Positions 25,120-37,500 of a stretch of DNA of 64,000 nt are shown piece after piece; within the stretch, counting starts at the first letter, position 1; each line of letters opens with the position of its first letter. Source of the DNA: Octopus sinensis (lineage: Eukaryota). The position numbers and the translations under genes were made by a program. The stretch is taken from contig NC_043001.1 of the NCBI RefSeq assembly GCF_006345805.1, forward strand, positions 100,626,001-100,690,000. The letters run 5' to 3'. Under the pieces are notes generated by a model, which did not search any database, had not been told where the DNA came from, and saw only the letters and a list, made by a program, of their open reading frames with translations.

Positions 25120-25457
25120 GGCAATTGTAGTTGTGATACCTGTGCCGGTGGCACATAAAAAGCACCATCCGAACGTGGCCGATGCCAGCGCCACCTTGAC
25201 TGGCTTCTGTGCTGGTGGCATGTAAAGAGCACCAACCAATCGTGGCCTCTGCCAGCCCCTTCTGGCACCTGTGCCGGTGGCACGTAAAAAGCACCCACTA
25301 CACTCAAAGAGTGGTTGGCGTTAGGAAGGGCATCCAGCCGTAGAAGCATTGCCAGATCAGACTGGAGCCTGGTGCAGCCTCCTGGCTTCCCAGACCCCGG
25401 TCGAACTGTCCAACCCGTGCTAGCACGGAAAACGGATGTTAAATGATGATGATGATG
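25120..25457 (+). mobile_element. RTE-type LINE 3' UTR
   Basis: Same 3' end and (ATG)n tail. Confidence 0.9.
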
Positions 25458-26189
25458 TGTTTATTGGTGCATTTCCTGAATAGTCATGTTGTTGTTGTTT
25501 GGCTCAGGCCTCTGAGAAGACCATTTCTCTTCTGCTTTACATTTCAAATCTTCCCTTCTATATTTTAAGGAAGCAGGTGTAATTTGAGGGAGATTTGGTT
25601 GTTATTTCTAACAGATCAAAGTACCACCTAAAGCCTTATCTGCTGTCCCTTCTTTATGATGTGTTTTATTTACACAATACTTAGTCATTTAACAATGGAA
25701 GTGATAACTAGTTTTTCCACAGAGGAAATCAGAAACTAGTATCTCTTGTTTAATGCTACAACCACAAAGCACTAACTTTCAATGAGACACTCCTGGAAAC
25801 ATCGATCTCATATTGTGAATGAAGGAAGTATAACACTCAGGTTTTTGTTTAGCCTCGGGTACGGATTTATCCTCAACTTGAAAATAAAATGAATAAGCAG
25901 AAAGTGTACAATTCTCTCAAAAATATATACTTAACGGTATTTTCAGTAACAAACCTTGGGGTGCACTCGAGGTTATTGGTTTTCTATAGAATAGATTTCT
26001 GCATGGTTTATGTGTCTTATGGTCTTTTCAGGCAGTAACTGGTCAATACAAGGCTGTAGTAGAAAGTATTTCATCTCTAACAGTGCTCAGCAATTCAACA
26101 GGAAGTCAGTGTTATAACTTTATGTGTATGTGATTTAATCATCATCATCCCCCTCTTCCTCCTCCTCCTCCTCCTCTTCCTCCTCCTCC

Positions 26190-27410
26190 TCATCATCACC
26201 ATCATCATCTTCATTTAACGTCTGTTGTCCATGCTGGCATGGGTTGGATAGATTGACCGGAGCTGGTAAGCTGAGGGACTGCACCAGACTCCAGTCTGAT
26301 TTGGCATGGCTTCTACACCTCGATGACCTTCCTAATGCCAACCACTCTGAGAGTGTAATGGGTGCTTTTATATGCCAGTTGTGTGACACCAGTAGTTGCT
26401 ATGACTACAATTTCACTTGGCTTGATGGGTCTTCTTCTCAAGCACAGCTTATTGCCACAGGTCTCAGTTGTTTGCCATTGCCTCCATGAGGCCCAGTGTT
26501 CAAAAGGTACTTTTAATGTGCCACCCATGTCTTCCTGAGTCTCCCTCTTCCACAGCTTCCATCCACCGGTAGAGGTCAGCACTTCTTCAGACAGCTGTCC
26601 ACATCCATATGCATCCCATGACCATACTAACACAGTTAGCTCCCTTGCACACCACATCTGATGCTTCCTATATCCAAGTTTTCTCTCAAGATGTTTACAC
26701 TCTGTTATACATGCACACTGACATTGCACACTCAGTAAAGCATATTAGTTTAATTTCTTTCAAGCCTACGCATGTCCTCAGCAGTCATAGCCCATGCCTC
26801 ACTGCTGGGAATCTGCCTTTCACTCTGAGAGAAAGGCCCATTGTTACCAACAGAGGTATGGGCTCTCTGAACTTTGCCCAACCTATTCTTATTCTTGCAG
26901 CTATACTCTTGGAGCATCCAGCCTCACAACTGACTTGGTCACCTAGATAATGGAAGCTATCGACTACTTCTAGTTTTCCTCCCTGACATCTGATGGAATC
27001 TATTTTCTATATATTTTTCTTGTTTATTGTCCCTGTGAACCTTCCACATACAAAAATTTGTTTCCCTGTTAACCTTCCTCTGATATTGCTGCACCTCTTA
27101 TGTGCCCAAAGCTTACACCAGGCACAACTTATGGCATTTCTACCAATGCCTTTCCTACAGATTGAGTAGAGCCATCTACCTGAAGTCATTTGTGATTTGT
27201 CTGCACTCCTACTCACTAAGACTGGTTTTTGCTAGGTTAACTCTAAGGCCCTTCGATACTAGACCTTGCTTCCATACCTGAAACTTCTTTTCTGGTTCTG
27301 GTAGTGGTTCAGCTATAAGAGCAAGATCATCAGCATGGAGGAGCTCCCAGGTGCAGCTTGTCTTAAATTGCTCTGTTATTACATGGAGGAGTATGATGAA
27401 ACAAATGTGA
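26190..27410 (-). mobile_element. RTE-type LINE, RT to 3' end, degraded
   Basis: WELLHADDLALIAE (YADD motif variant), a Cys-rich segment CRKGIGRNAISCAWCKLWAHKRC, YLGDQ motif and the 3' tail. Confidence 0.9.
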
Positions 27411-27860
27411 AAAATTTATCTCAAAGTATTTTGTTTAGTCCTAGATTTTGACCTATGGTCGGAAGTGCTCCTGCTGTGATCATGGTTTTTTTAAAAATTC
27501 ATTTTGTGTTCTCTGGATGGTATCACTCACTGTGTCTTTCCTTGTTCAAGACATTTGTGTGTGATTTCAAAAGAGATTTGGATGTTAATTCTAAAGGTTC
27601 CAAAAAGAGACTTCAATGTTTTCACAGCCAGAGCAGCTTTTACAAGATCTGCTATGGTTTGAATGACTAGTCAATGTCTCTCCCATTGGTTTTGTGTTTG
27701 AAGAATTAATATGATTATTATGAATCTCTTATTTATGCTTAAAACAACAGGATTCTTTAGTGAAAACCATAATATTTAGTAGTGACATAGGAGTAACATT
27801 CAAAATTAGGAAATGTGCTATGATAGAGAGGAAATAATTCATAAAAAGTATTGGAAATTG

Positions 27861-28353
27861 AAATCAAATTCGATGATAACACTGTTTGACTGGCACCTAT
27901 GCTAGTAGAATGCTAAGAGCACCATTTGAGTGTGATCGTTGCCAGGGCTGCTGACTGGCTCCTGTGCTGATGGCATATAAAAAGCACCATTCGAGTGTGA
28001 TCGTTAGCAGTGTCACCTTACTGGCACTTGTGCCAGTGGAATGTGAAAAACAACATTTGAGTGAGGTTATTGCCAGTGTCACTAGACTGGCTCCTGTGCA
28101 GGTGGCACATAAAAAAATACCATTTGAACATGGCCGTTGCCAGTACTGCCTGACTAGCATGAGGGCCAGTGGCACGTAAAAGCACCCACTATACTCTCGG
28201 AGTGGTTGGTGTTAGGAAGGGCATCCAGCTGTAGGAACTCTGCCAGATCAAGATTGGAGCCTGGTGCAGCCATCTAGTTTGCCAGTCCTCAGTCAAATCA
28301 TCCAACCCATGCTAGCATGGAAAGTGGATGTTAAACAATGATGATGATGATGA
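27861..28353 (+). mobile_element. RTE-type LINE 3' UTR with several internal tandem units
   Basis: Repeated GACTGGC..GTG..GGCAC.TAAAAAGCACC units and (ATG)n tail. Confidence 0.9.
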
Positions 28354-29127
28354 TACTACATAAAGAAAATTGTGAATATCTATGAGAAGTTACCTCATAG
28401 AACACGTAGATGCTTTGGTGACTATTCACCTCATCAGCCTCCAATTACTAATTTAGCCACACAATATGTAACAGTTGATGACATCATAAATTCACCTATT
28501 GCAATAAAGAACACTGAAATCTTTTTGAGATTTTTGATAATTTAATATTTATTTCTGTTATAAATAAAAAAATTAAAAAATGTTGACATTACTGTGTATG
28601 ACAAACACCAAGATAGTTCAAAGCTTATTATTCTTTGACAAAGTATTATAGTAGTCAGTGTGATGATGTTAGCTGATCATTGTGTGTCGCAGTTGCCATC
28701 CATTCACCCATTGTGCTGGGACATTGCTCCAGCCAGCTGCTGGTTGTACTACTGTCTTCTGTGTCTAATCTGCTGTCTACCATCCACCATCTATCAGTAG
28801 TGACCAAAATGTGCTGAATATATAATGGTCAGTTTACTCAGAAAATGTATGCCAAACATAAAATTCCAGTTAGATCCGGTTCCAATTGAAGTCTTGAATG
28901 GTCAGATATTTTGGTGATGTATTGGTGATATTCAAGTGAATCATGATTGTATTCTTGGATTGTTTTCTTTTTCTATTTTTTTTTATTGCATCATCTAAAA
29001 TCCAAGTTCATTTGCTAAATATTCCTGCTACAGGTCTGTTAATCAGCCAGAAATAAGCAAAGAAACATAACAATCACTTGATATACTAAAGAGAAACAAT
29101 TACATAGAAAGCTGATGAAAAATACCT

Positions 29128-29357
29128 ATTTATTTACTACCCTCAAGGGGCTAAACACAGAGAGGACAAACAAGGACAGACAAACGGATTAAGTCGATTA
29201 TATCAACTCCAGTGTGTAACTGGTACTTAATTTATTGACCCCGAAAGGATGAAAGGCAATGTTGACCTCGGTGGAATTTGAACTCAGAACGTAGCGGCAG
29301 AAGAAATACCACTAAGCATTTCGCCCGGTGTGCTAACGTATCTGCCAGCTCGCTGCA
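29128..29357 (-). mobile_element. SINE family B with TSD
   Basis: Flanked by GAAAAATACCT direct repeats. Confidence 0.9.
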
Positions 29358-30740
29358 GAAAAATACCTTCACAGAGCTTCCCTCAATGAACATTATAAGT
29401 GGCAATACTTAAATATATGTCAGGAATTATAACAGATTTTAAAACAAATGATATCAAATAATTATGTTTTTCAGCTTGTAAAGTATTTCTATTGAGAGAA
29501 AACAATCTGTACAAAATTTGAGAACGGTGTATGCAATGATTTGCTAAATTTCTGTCTGCTCAGGAGCAGAGTTCAAATTAGAACCCGGTTGGTTGTCGCT
29601 TCATTCCAGCAATATGGATGCAATGCAATCTGTTTGATGTACAACCTACTTTTTAAAACCCAGAGATATTCATTGGCTATTGCAGGGGAGATGCAGAAAT
29701 GTACTGAACAATATGTAACAGTAATATTAACATCAGATGTATAAAAAAAAAGTAAATAAATGACATCTTAGATCAGCCAATATGACATGCTTCAGTGATG
29801 ATAGCCGAACCACACTGAAATCAATAAAACAGAACATACTCTGACTTCACAGCAAATATCTAAAGCATTCAAATGCATTCACTAATAAATTTCGCTACAG
29901 TAATACAATTCACTGCAATGACTTCAATAGCATAAACACTATTAGTCCTTCTAGTAGTACAAGGTGAAAGTGCTAACATTACAACTAATAGATATTTAAA
30001 AGTTTGATAATGGAATAAAAACAAAAATGAAAATTTCACAGCAATTATTCCTTTTCACTGGGCAGAAGGTCAATTCTAGTGGAGGAGACTCTGTGGTAGG
30101 TGGCATAAAATCTGTTGATTTTATTTGTACTTCATTTATCAACTACAGATTATGTTGAATTGAATTTAGCTGTATATGAACTCAGCATAGTGAAGTACAG
30201 AATAGCTAGTGTCTATGGCAAAGTCATCAATACTAACAACAGTTAATGGAGTCAACTAAAACATCTTCATTAATTAGAATTACACTCATGGTGAGGAGAA
30301 AGAATCATTAGCTTAATGATCAATGCTGGACAATAAAAGCAAATGAGACAACACCAAACTAAAAATTGAGTGCAGTGTAGTGTGTATGTGTGTGGAGATG
30401 AAAATCTTTACAGTATGGTGACAACTCTGGACATGTTTCAGCCATATTAAATCTCCTCAGTGCAATATAGTCATTTTAAAGGTATTTTTCTACAGATGGT
30501 ATTTTCTCTGTTAATATTTTACTTACATTGGTACCAATAAAATTGTTTATTTTAAAATCAACAAATTTTCATAATAGGACATTTTAAAAGAGTGTTGAGT
30601 TGTTTTTCAACATGTAGCCTCCTTACCATTGATCAATGAGTCATGTCCATCGATTTAGGAGTATTTAAGAATACATCGTTTAAGGAGTGTTTCTAACAAG
30701 GAAAATAGGATTTGTAGGAGATTTGGATTCTATAGTCACA

Positions 30741-30887
30741 GACATAGCTGAGTGGCAAAAAAAATTGCTTTCCAACCACATGGTTCCAGGTTCAGTCCTA
30801 GTGCATGGCACCTTGGGTGAGTGTCTTCTATTTTAACCTTGGGCTGACCAAAATCATGTCACTGGATTTGGTAGATAGAAACTGAAA
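30741..30887 (+). mobile_element. SINE family A head, truncated at a microsatellite
   Basis: CATGGTTCCAGGTTCAGTCC...GGCACCTTGGGTGAGTGTCTTC. Confidence 0.75.
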
Positions 30888-30892
30888 GTTAA

Positions 30893-31150
<258 letters not shown>

Positions 31151-31419
31151 TTATTTGAGGGAATATAAATCCAAACTTACAGGGAAAAAAATTCAATTTA
31201 GAAATACTAAATCAAATTTCACACAATATAATATATATATTAAAAAAAAATTTGAAAAAACCCACCTTTTATCACTTCAAAATGAACAATTAAATTACAC
31301 CATCTAGAAAATTACATATAATAGAAATATTAAAATTAAAATAACAATAAAATATCAATGATTAAGTAAACTGCAAAAAAGAAATAAAAACGTATATAAT
31401 TGGTAGAATAACAATTATA

Positions 31420-31662
31420 TATATACCGGAGTAAGCACATAAATGTGAAACAAGGTGGAAAAAATAGTACTCGAACACCAGAGGTAGAGTAATATGCTTT
31501 ATTAAAAAGCAGCAAAAATATCACAAAAACTGCTACTCGGAGTTTCACGTTAGTTTCATGTTTCCATTCACCAGACATTTATTTAAACAAAACTGTCTGA
31601 TGAACAGGAACATGAAACTCTGACTAACAGCTTTTGTGATACTTTGATGCTTTTTAATAAAT
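31420..31662. mobile_element. Head-to-head pair of a second hammerhead-bearing repeat (Penelope pLTR-like, family E)
   Basis: Plus arm CTGT-CTGATGA-ACAGGAACAT-GAAAC-TCTGAC-TA-ACAG at 31593-31630; minus arm ATGT-CTGGTGA-ATGGAAACAT-GAAAC...ACGTGAAACTCCGAGTAGCAG; both continue TTTTGTGATA.TTT...TGCTTTTTAATAAA. Confidence 0.7.
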
Positions 31663-31674
31663 AATATATATATA

Positions 31675-31765
31675 TCATCATCATCATCATCATCAACATT
31701 TAACGTCCATTTTTCCTGCTGGCATGGGTTGAACAGCTTGAGAGGAACTGGCAAGACCAGGAATT
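31675..31765 (-). mobile_element. Short RTE-type LINE 3' end
   Basis: (CAT)n then TTTAACGTCCATTTTTCCTGCTGGCATGGGTTG. Confidence 0.75.
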
Positions 31766-32491
31766 GCACTGGGGCTGGTTTGTTTATGTCCCCATAACTT
31801 AACAGTTCAGCAAAAGAGACTAAGAAAATGAGTAAAACATAAGTCCTGGGATTAATTCATTCATAAAAAATCCTAAAGGCTAGGGTTCTAGAATAGTTGC
31901 AGTCTAATGACTGATACAAATAAAAAGAAAAGGGGGTTAAAACCCTCACAGTTCCCTGAGAGAATTTCATTTTGCACTGGAATCCCATCAGATTCCAATG
32001 AGACTTTCATCTCTTTCAGAGTGTTTCAATAAAATAGATTCCATAAATTTACTGGGAGGCCAATCATTTTTATGCCAGTAGCCAGAGTCCATTCCATTGA
32101 TGCAAACACTCTGACCAAACTCCAATGTTTTCTCCACCAACTCTGGTCTCTGTAGATGTTCAAACACTATTTTGGTTGAATTTGCTTCCTTGCTCTAAAG
32201 AAACAAACAAACATCACACATTCTTGCATACTATAAAATTACATAAAACTATTTTAAATTGGATATAAAATAAGTTCTAAAATAATTTTGATACACAGGT
32301 CAGACAACGAAAGGATCACCACTTAATACAGTTTCATTTTCATGTTATATTAGAATCTGAAAACAGTAGATCCTCCACTGGGCCATAGCTCAGATAAAGT
32401 TTATCAATCAGCTTACTGAACCAGTATTCACACTGTCACCTCAGTCACCCACCTTCCTTATGGATCAAACAGCCTGGGTGTTACGGAGACT

Positions 32492-33045
32492 CATCATCAT
32501 CATCATCGTTTAACATCCACTTTCCATGCTAGCATGGGTTGGATGAATTTGACTGAGGGCTGGTGAACCAGATGGCTGCACCAGGCTCCAGACTTGATCT
32601 GGCAGAGTTTCTACAGCTGGATGCCCTTCCTAAAGCCAACCACTCTGAGAGTGTAGTGGGTGCTTTTTATGTGCCACCTGCATGGAGGCCAGTCAGGCGG
32701 TACTGGCAATGACCTTACTCGAATCTTTTTATACATTCCACTGGCATAAGTGCCAGTAAGGTGATGCTGGTAATGATCACGCACGAATGGTGCCCTCTGG
32801 CAACGATCATACTCGGATGGTGCTCTTGGCACCCTACTAGTACTGGCACAAGTGCTAGTAAGGCGACGCTGGTAACAATCACACTCGAATGGTGCTTTTT
32901 AATGTGCCACTGGCATGGAAGCCGGTTAGCTGCTCTGTCAATGATCACACTCGTATGGTGCTCTTTGCACCCTGCTAGCACGGATGCCAGTCATCGAATT
33001 GATTTTGATTTTGATTTCACTTGCCTCAACAGGTCTTCACAAGCA
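32492..33045 (-). mobile_element. RTE-type LINE 3' UTR
   Basis: Same family, with several internal tandem units. Confidence 0.9.
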
Positions 33046-33178
33046 GTTAAAGCTGAATATTCAGAAAAAAGGACATGGCATCAGAACACCCAAACTTCAT
33101 ATCAGAACCACAACATTGACAGGAATGTTTTGCAAAACTTTCATGAAATTTAGAGAGTGAACAATTATGAGTGTAGAG

Positions 33179-33543
33179 GTGCAGGTGTGGCTAGGTGCTA
33201 AGAAGCTTGTTTCTCAGCCAATGGTTCTGGGTTCAGTCTCACTATGTAGAACGTTGGACAAGTGTCTTGTACTACAGCCCCAGGTTGACCAAAGCTGAGT
33301 GGATTTGGCAGATGGAAACTGAAAGCAGTCTGTCCTATGTGTGTTTGTGTTTGTGTTCGTCCCCCTACCACCACCACTTCACAACTGGTGTTGATGTGTC
33401 TATGTCCCTATAACTTGGCAATTTGGCAAAAGAAACCGATAGAATAAGTCCTTGGGTCAATCCCTTCAACTAAGCATTCTTCAAGGTGGGCGGTGCCCCA
33501 GCATGGCCACAGTCAAATCACTGAAACAAGTAAAAGATAAAGA
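33179..33543 (+). mobile_element. SINE family A, full length
   Basis: Head, CORE-like segment, tail CCAGCATGGCCACAGTC...GAAACAAGTAAAAGA. Confidence 0.85.
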
Positions 33544-35918
33544 ACAGATAATTTTTACATTTTGTTTGAACATTTTTCTCCTGTTGTAAAATTCCCATCA
33601 GCATTACTGGATTAAAACGCCATTTGGCATGCAAAGAATAGGGGAAGGGTAAAGCCAATTTTAAGCAACCCCAAGAATTTAATGAATGAATAAATTGACT
33701 CCAAATAACCAAAATTAAAGAATCAGTGAATTGCCTTGCCAGGAGACAGAATCAAATACCTCATAAAGATAGGAACACATATCTCACCATCTAAAATCCA
33801 TTTTTGCATTAAACCAACAATTTTGTCTTTTAAGACTTTCTTGTATACTTTTAATAACAACATTTACCAATAACAACAACGCTGGCCAATAATCAATTCC
33901 CATTTAACGAATCGTTGAATTACACCTCTCATATTACTTTCCACAACATACTTTTAAATTGTCTTTAACACATTTAGCTTCAGCGTAGAAATTGATTGAT
34001 TCTAGACACATTTTCTTCTAATTATAATTATTTAAAGTAATGACCACGCACATTTTAAGATAGTCTTGTTGTGGACATGCTAGAAGGAGGGCAAAAAAAG
34101 AAATGTAACTCATCAATTTTTGGCAAGAATATTATTGGAGTGTTTGGAACACTATTAATAATAAGTCATAGCAGTGGACAGAGTGTTTTACAATACATAT
34201 ATTGTAACACGAATGTGTTTTATGATGTATGTGGAGGAGTGTGTATAGGTAGGATTGTGTGTCTGTGTATGTGTATGAGTGTGTGTGCATGTGCGTGCAT
34301 GCACATGTGTGTGAATGCACATGTGTGTGAATGTGTATGTGTATACTTATAAACATATTGTGAATTATGTATGTTTGTGTTCTAGAATAAGGAAATGCAA
34401 TCTTGTTATTTTCTATCAATACGTCCAACTTTGAGCCCAAATTCCCCCAAGAAAGGTGTTCTACTGCTACCATCACCCCATAGTCCCTTCTAGCTTATTT
34501 GATCAAGGAAATATTGCCATTAGTTTTTGATCAATGATAGCTTGCCAGAATGGTGGAAGAGAAGAAATTCACAATGTGCCAATACCATATTAAAGATAAT
34601 CATTTTGATTTTAGTCAATATTAATTATGCTTTGACTCTACTAACTAGTCTTCTAAAAATAATGAAATGAAACGGCTACTGTTGTATATGAATGCCCAGC
34701 TCATAAATGTACGTTGAAGACTTTGATATCAAATAATATATATTATTATAGCAAAATAAGTGAATACAGCAGTGAAATCTGTGTCTTGATAAAGTCAACT
34801 TATCATCTGGAATTAACTCACTTACCAAACTAGAATGAGTTGAGAAATAAATAAATTTTCATAAAATATTTTGAAGGAATGTATTTTTACAATAACAAAC
34901 TAGTAAACAAAATGTTCAAATTCAAAAATTGTTATAAAGCTGATTTCTTCTGTCTGTCACAATAGGTCGTCTGTTGAGGTATTTAATGAAAGCTGTATTC
35001 TTACCCTTGACACCAGTAAAGATTTTGGCCATGTCAAGTATAAACACACTTTATGGTTCTATCTATCTTTCTACTCTTGGATCAGAAGATTTTTTTTTAC
35101 CTTTATATTATTAATTCTGGTGTTTTACAAGGTTTAATCATCTTCCATACTTTTTCCTTTGTGCATCAATGAATTTTTGAGTTCTTACTTCTAATAACAT
35201 CCCCAACCCTCAAAAAAGGCAAAGCAAATAAAACCAGGGACAATAATACAATTAATCTGGTAAACAAAGATTTCCCATCAGAGTTGATTTGGGGTTGACC
35301 AGAAAATGTTTTGATTCTTACTTCAAAGTTGTCTTTAGCTTTTGCTAGAAGCACATTTAAATTTTAAGATCAGGCCAATAATTATATTACAATTATATTT
35401 GAGATATTTTGTATTTTTTTCAAATATTTTCTGAATTCAGTACTATTTAATCAGAACACGGAATGAATGTGAAAACCATCTAAACCATTTATGCTATGTT
35501 TCTTGCAATTTTTTGATGAAATATCACAATGGTTTTATGAAATTTCACAAGATGACAATGAGGATTTTGGTTGTCATAGAGATGGCCAAGACAATCAGTT
35601 TCCACTACTTTAAATCGGTTCTGCTTGAACAAAAAGACACAATCAATGACTTTTGCCATCCCCACTCTCTAAAGAGAACAGAGATCATCATACTGGCAGC
35701 TGTTTTTGCAATGATAACATAACTGGGTTTTTTTTTTTACTGAAAAGAACAAACGCACGATTATTTATCCAAACATGAACTCAGCAGACCAGCATGGGGA
35801 AGGAAGCAATTCCTATTTTCTCTCAAATGGTAGACTAATTTCTGTGGTTGATCAACTGGACAGTGATGAAGGTGGAAATGTTGAATGTGTTGGACTTTCT
35901 ACATTTCTAAATACATAC

Positions 35919-35978
35919 CTGAATAATATTTGTAACCAAGAAGGGTTTTTTGAATGCTCTTGTTAAAAGTCTTCCAGT
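35919..35978 (-). CDS. Candidate 60-bp phase 1-1 exon of an unidentified gene
   Basis: ttcttctctttag|ACTGG...TTCAG|gtatgt; open frame (D)WKTFNKSIQKTLLGYKYYS; no recognised homology. Confidence 0.3.
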
Positions 35979-36229
35979 CTAAAGAGAAGAAATTTTTTGC
36001 ATTCAGACTTGAGGAAAATAAGTTCCTTGAAAGAGCAAGTGAGTGGCAATCAAAACTAAAATTTTAATTTGGCAACATTCTTTAAAGTAGATGGTTCACA
36101 CTGAAATTCCATCAATGAATTATTTGCGGACTTGTTACCCATTCATAGAATATCTGACTTCTGTCAAAGAAGCTTTAAGGAACTTGTACTGCATAATAAG
36201 TGTGCAAAGCCATGCATTTCATTGCTCAC

Positions 36230-36409
36230 CCCAACCACGTAAAATGCACCTCTTATCATCAAGATTTCTTTCCAGAAAATCTTGTGGTAAGTAATGAGCA
36301 AGAAGAATGCCTTCCATCAAGATCTTCACCCAATCCGTAGACATGAAACAAGATGTTTTTAAATGAAAGAATGATGGTTGATTATTGCTGGATGTCATTT
36401 GGCATCCAC
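36230..36409 (-). CDS. Candidate 180-bp phase 1-1 exon of an unidentified gene
   Basis: tttttcctgtttgttcgatcag|GTGGA...TTGGG|gtgagc; 59 open codons, in frame with the 35978 candidate; no recognised homology. Confidence 0.3.
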
Positions 36410-37072
36410 CTGATCGAACAAACAGGAAAAAGTAAACTTGCAATGCTTGAAAAATAAATCATATATCGTCCATTCTTCGACTACATCTAATTAGTTAAAT
36501 AGGAATTATCAAACGGATGCTGTGCTTTGGTTCAAGGAATAAATTTTGTATAGAATTTAATTAATACACCTTAAGTATTGATAAAAATTGGAGGCAATAA
36601 AACTGTCATATTTCAAAAATTAGATATGCTGGGATAAAACTGAAGTCCTATTTGGAATTAGCATCCATATTGCAAAGACACTAATTTCGTCTCCAACTGA
36701 AAACAAAAGCTTTTATTTTGTTGACCAGTGTTATTATAGGCACAGGCATTGCTGTATGGTTAAAAAGAGCATTTCATAATCACAGGGTCAAAGGCTTCAG
36801 TCCATTGATTAGCACCTTGGGCAAGTATTTTCTAGTGTTGCTTTGCATCAGTTGTTATGTCAGTATGTATGTCATTATTCAGTTTTATTTCAAGATTTCT
36901 TGCCAATAGAGAAAGAACCAGTTTCTAGCCTAGATCCAAGGCTCCATTATTGGAATTTTAACATTAACAACAAGGTATTTTTGTATGAATGTATTATGTA
37001 TGTGTGTGTATGTATATATGCATGTATATGTATGTATGCGTGTGTACGTATGTGTGTGTAAGTATGTATATG

Positions 37073-37276
37073 TCCGCTTTCCACCCTAGGATGGGTTGGA
37101 CGATTTTGACTGTGGGCTGGCAAACCAGATGGCTGCACCTGGCTCCAACCCTGCCAGATCAAGATTGGACGGCTGGAAAGCAATGTTTTATCATTGTTAC
37201 GATGACCAGCAGCACAACTACAAAGTCTAGCATCAGTACACCCCCACCCACTCACACTGCCACAACTACTACCACC

Positions 37277-37356
<80 letters not shown>

Positions 37357-37500
37357 CACTACGACCACTACCATCCCCATCATCACCACCATCACCACTA
37401 CCTTCCGTTTTTGTTCAAAAGAGACTTCATCATCATCATCATCGTTTTATGTCTTCCTTCCATACTGGCATGGGTTGGATGGTTTCACAGGAGCTGGCCC
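37073..37500 (-). mobile_element. Two short LINE 3' end fragments around a (CTA)n/(CAC)n tract
   Basis: 37073-37190 and 37426-37500 match the family 3' end in reverse. Confidence 0.7.

Noticed and set aside
23823-25946. Missing segment explained as a spliced intron in a retrocopy (ACTTAAC..TTTTCAG acceptor at 25946)
   Set aside because: The acceptor looks good, but there is no GT or GC donor at the 23820 junction on either strand.
28395-28435. Third hammerhead candidate on the minus strand (CTGATGA-GGTGA-ATAG-TCACC)
   Set aside because: Stem II is perfect, but it is followed by AAAG rather than GAAA and no stem I pairing is present.
35500-36350. Decayed piggyBac-like transposase on the plus strand (DEISQWFYEISQDDNEDFG; FPENLVV)
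   Set aside because: Only vague motif resemblance, with no TTAA-bounded TIRs or catalytic motifs found; left unresolved against the exon interpretation.
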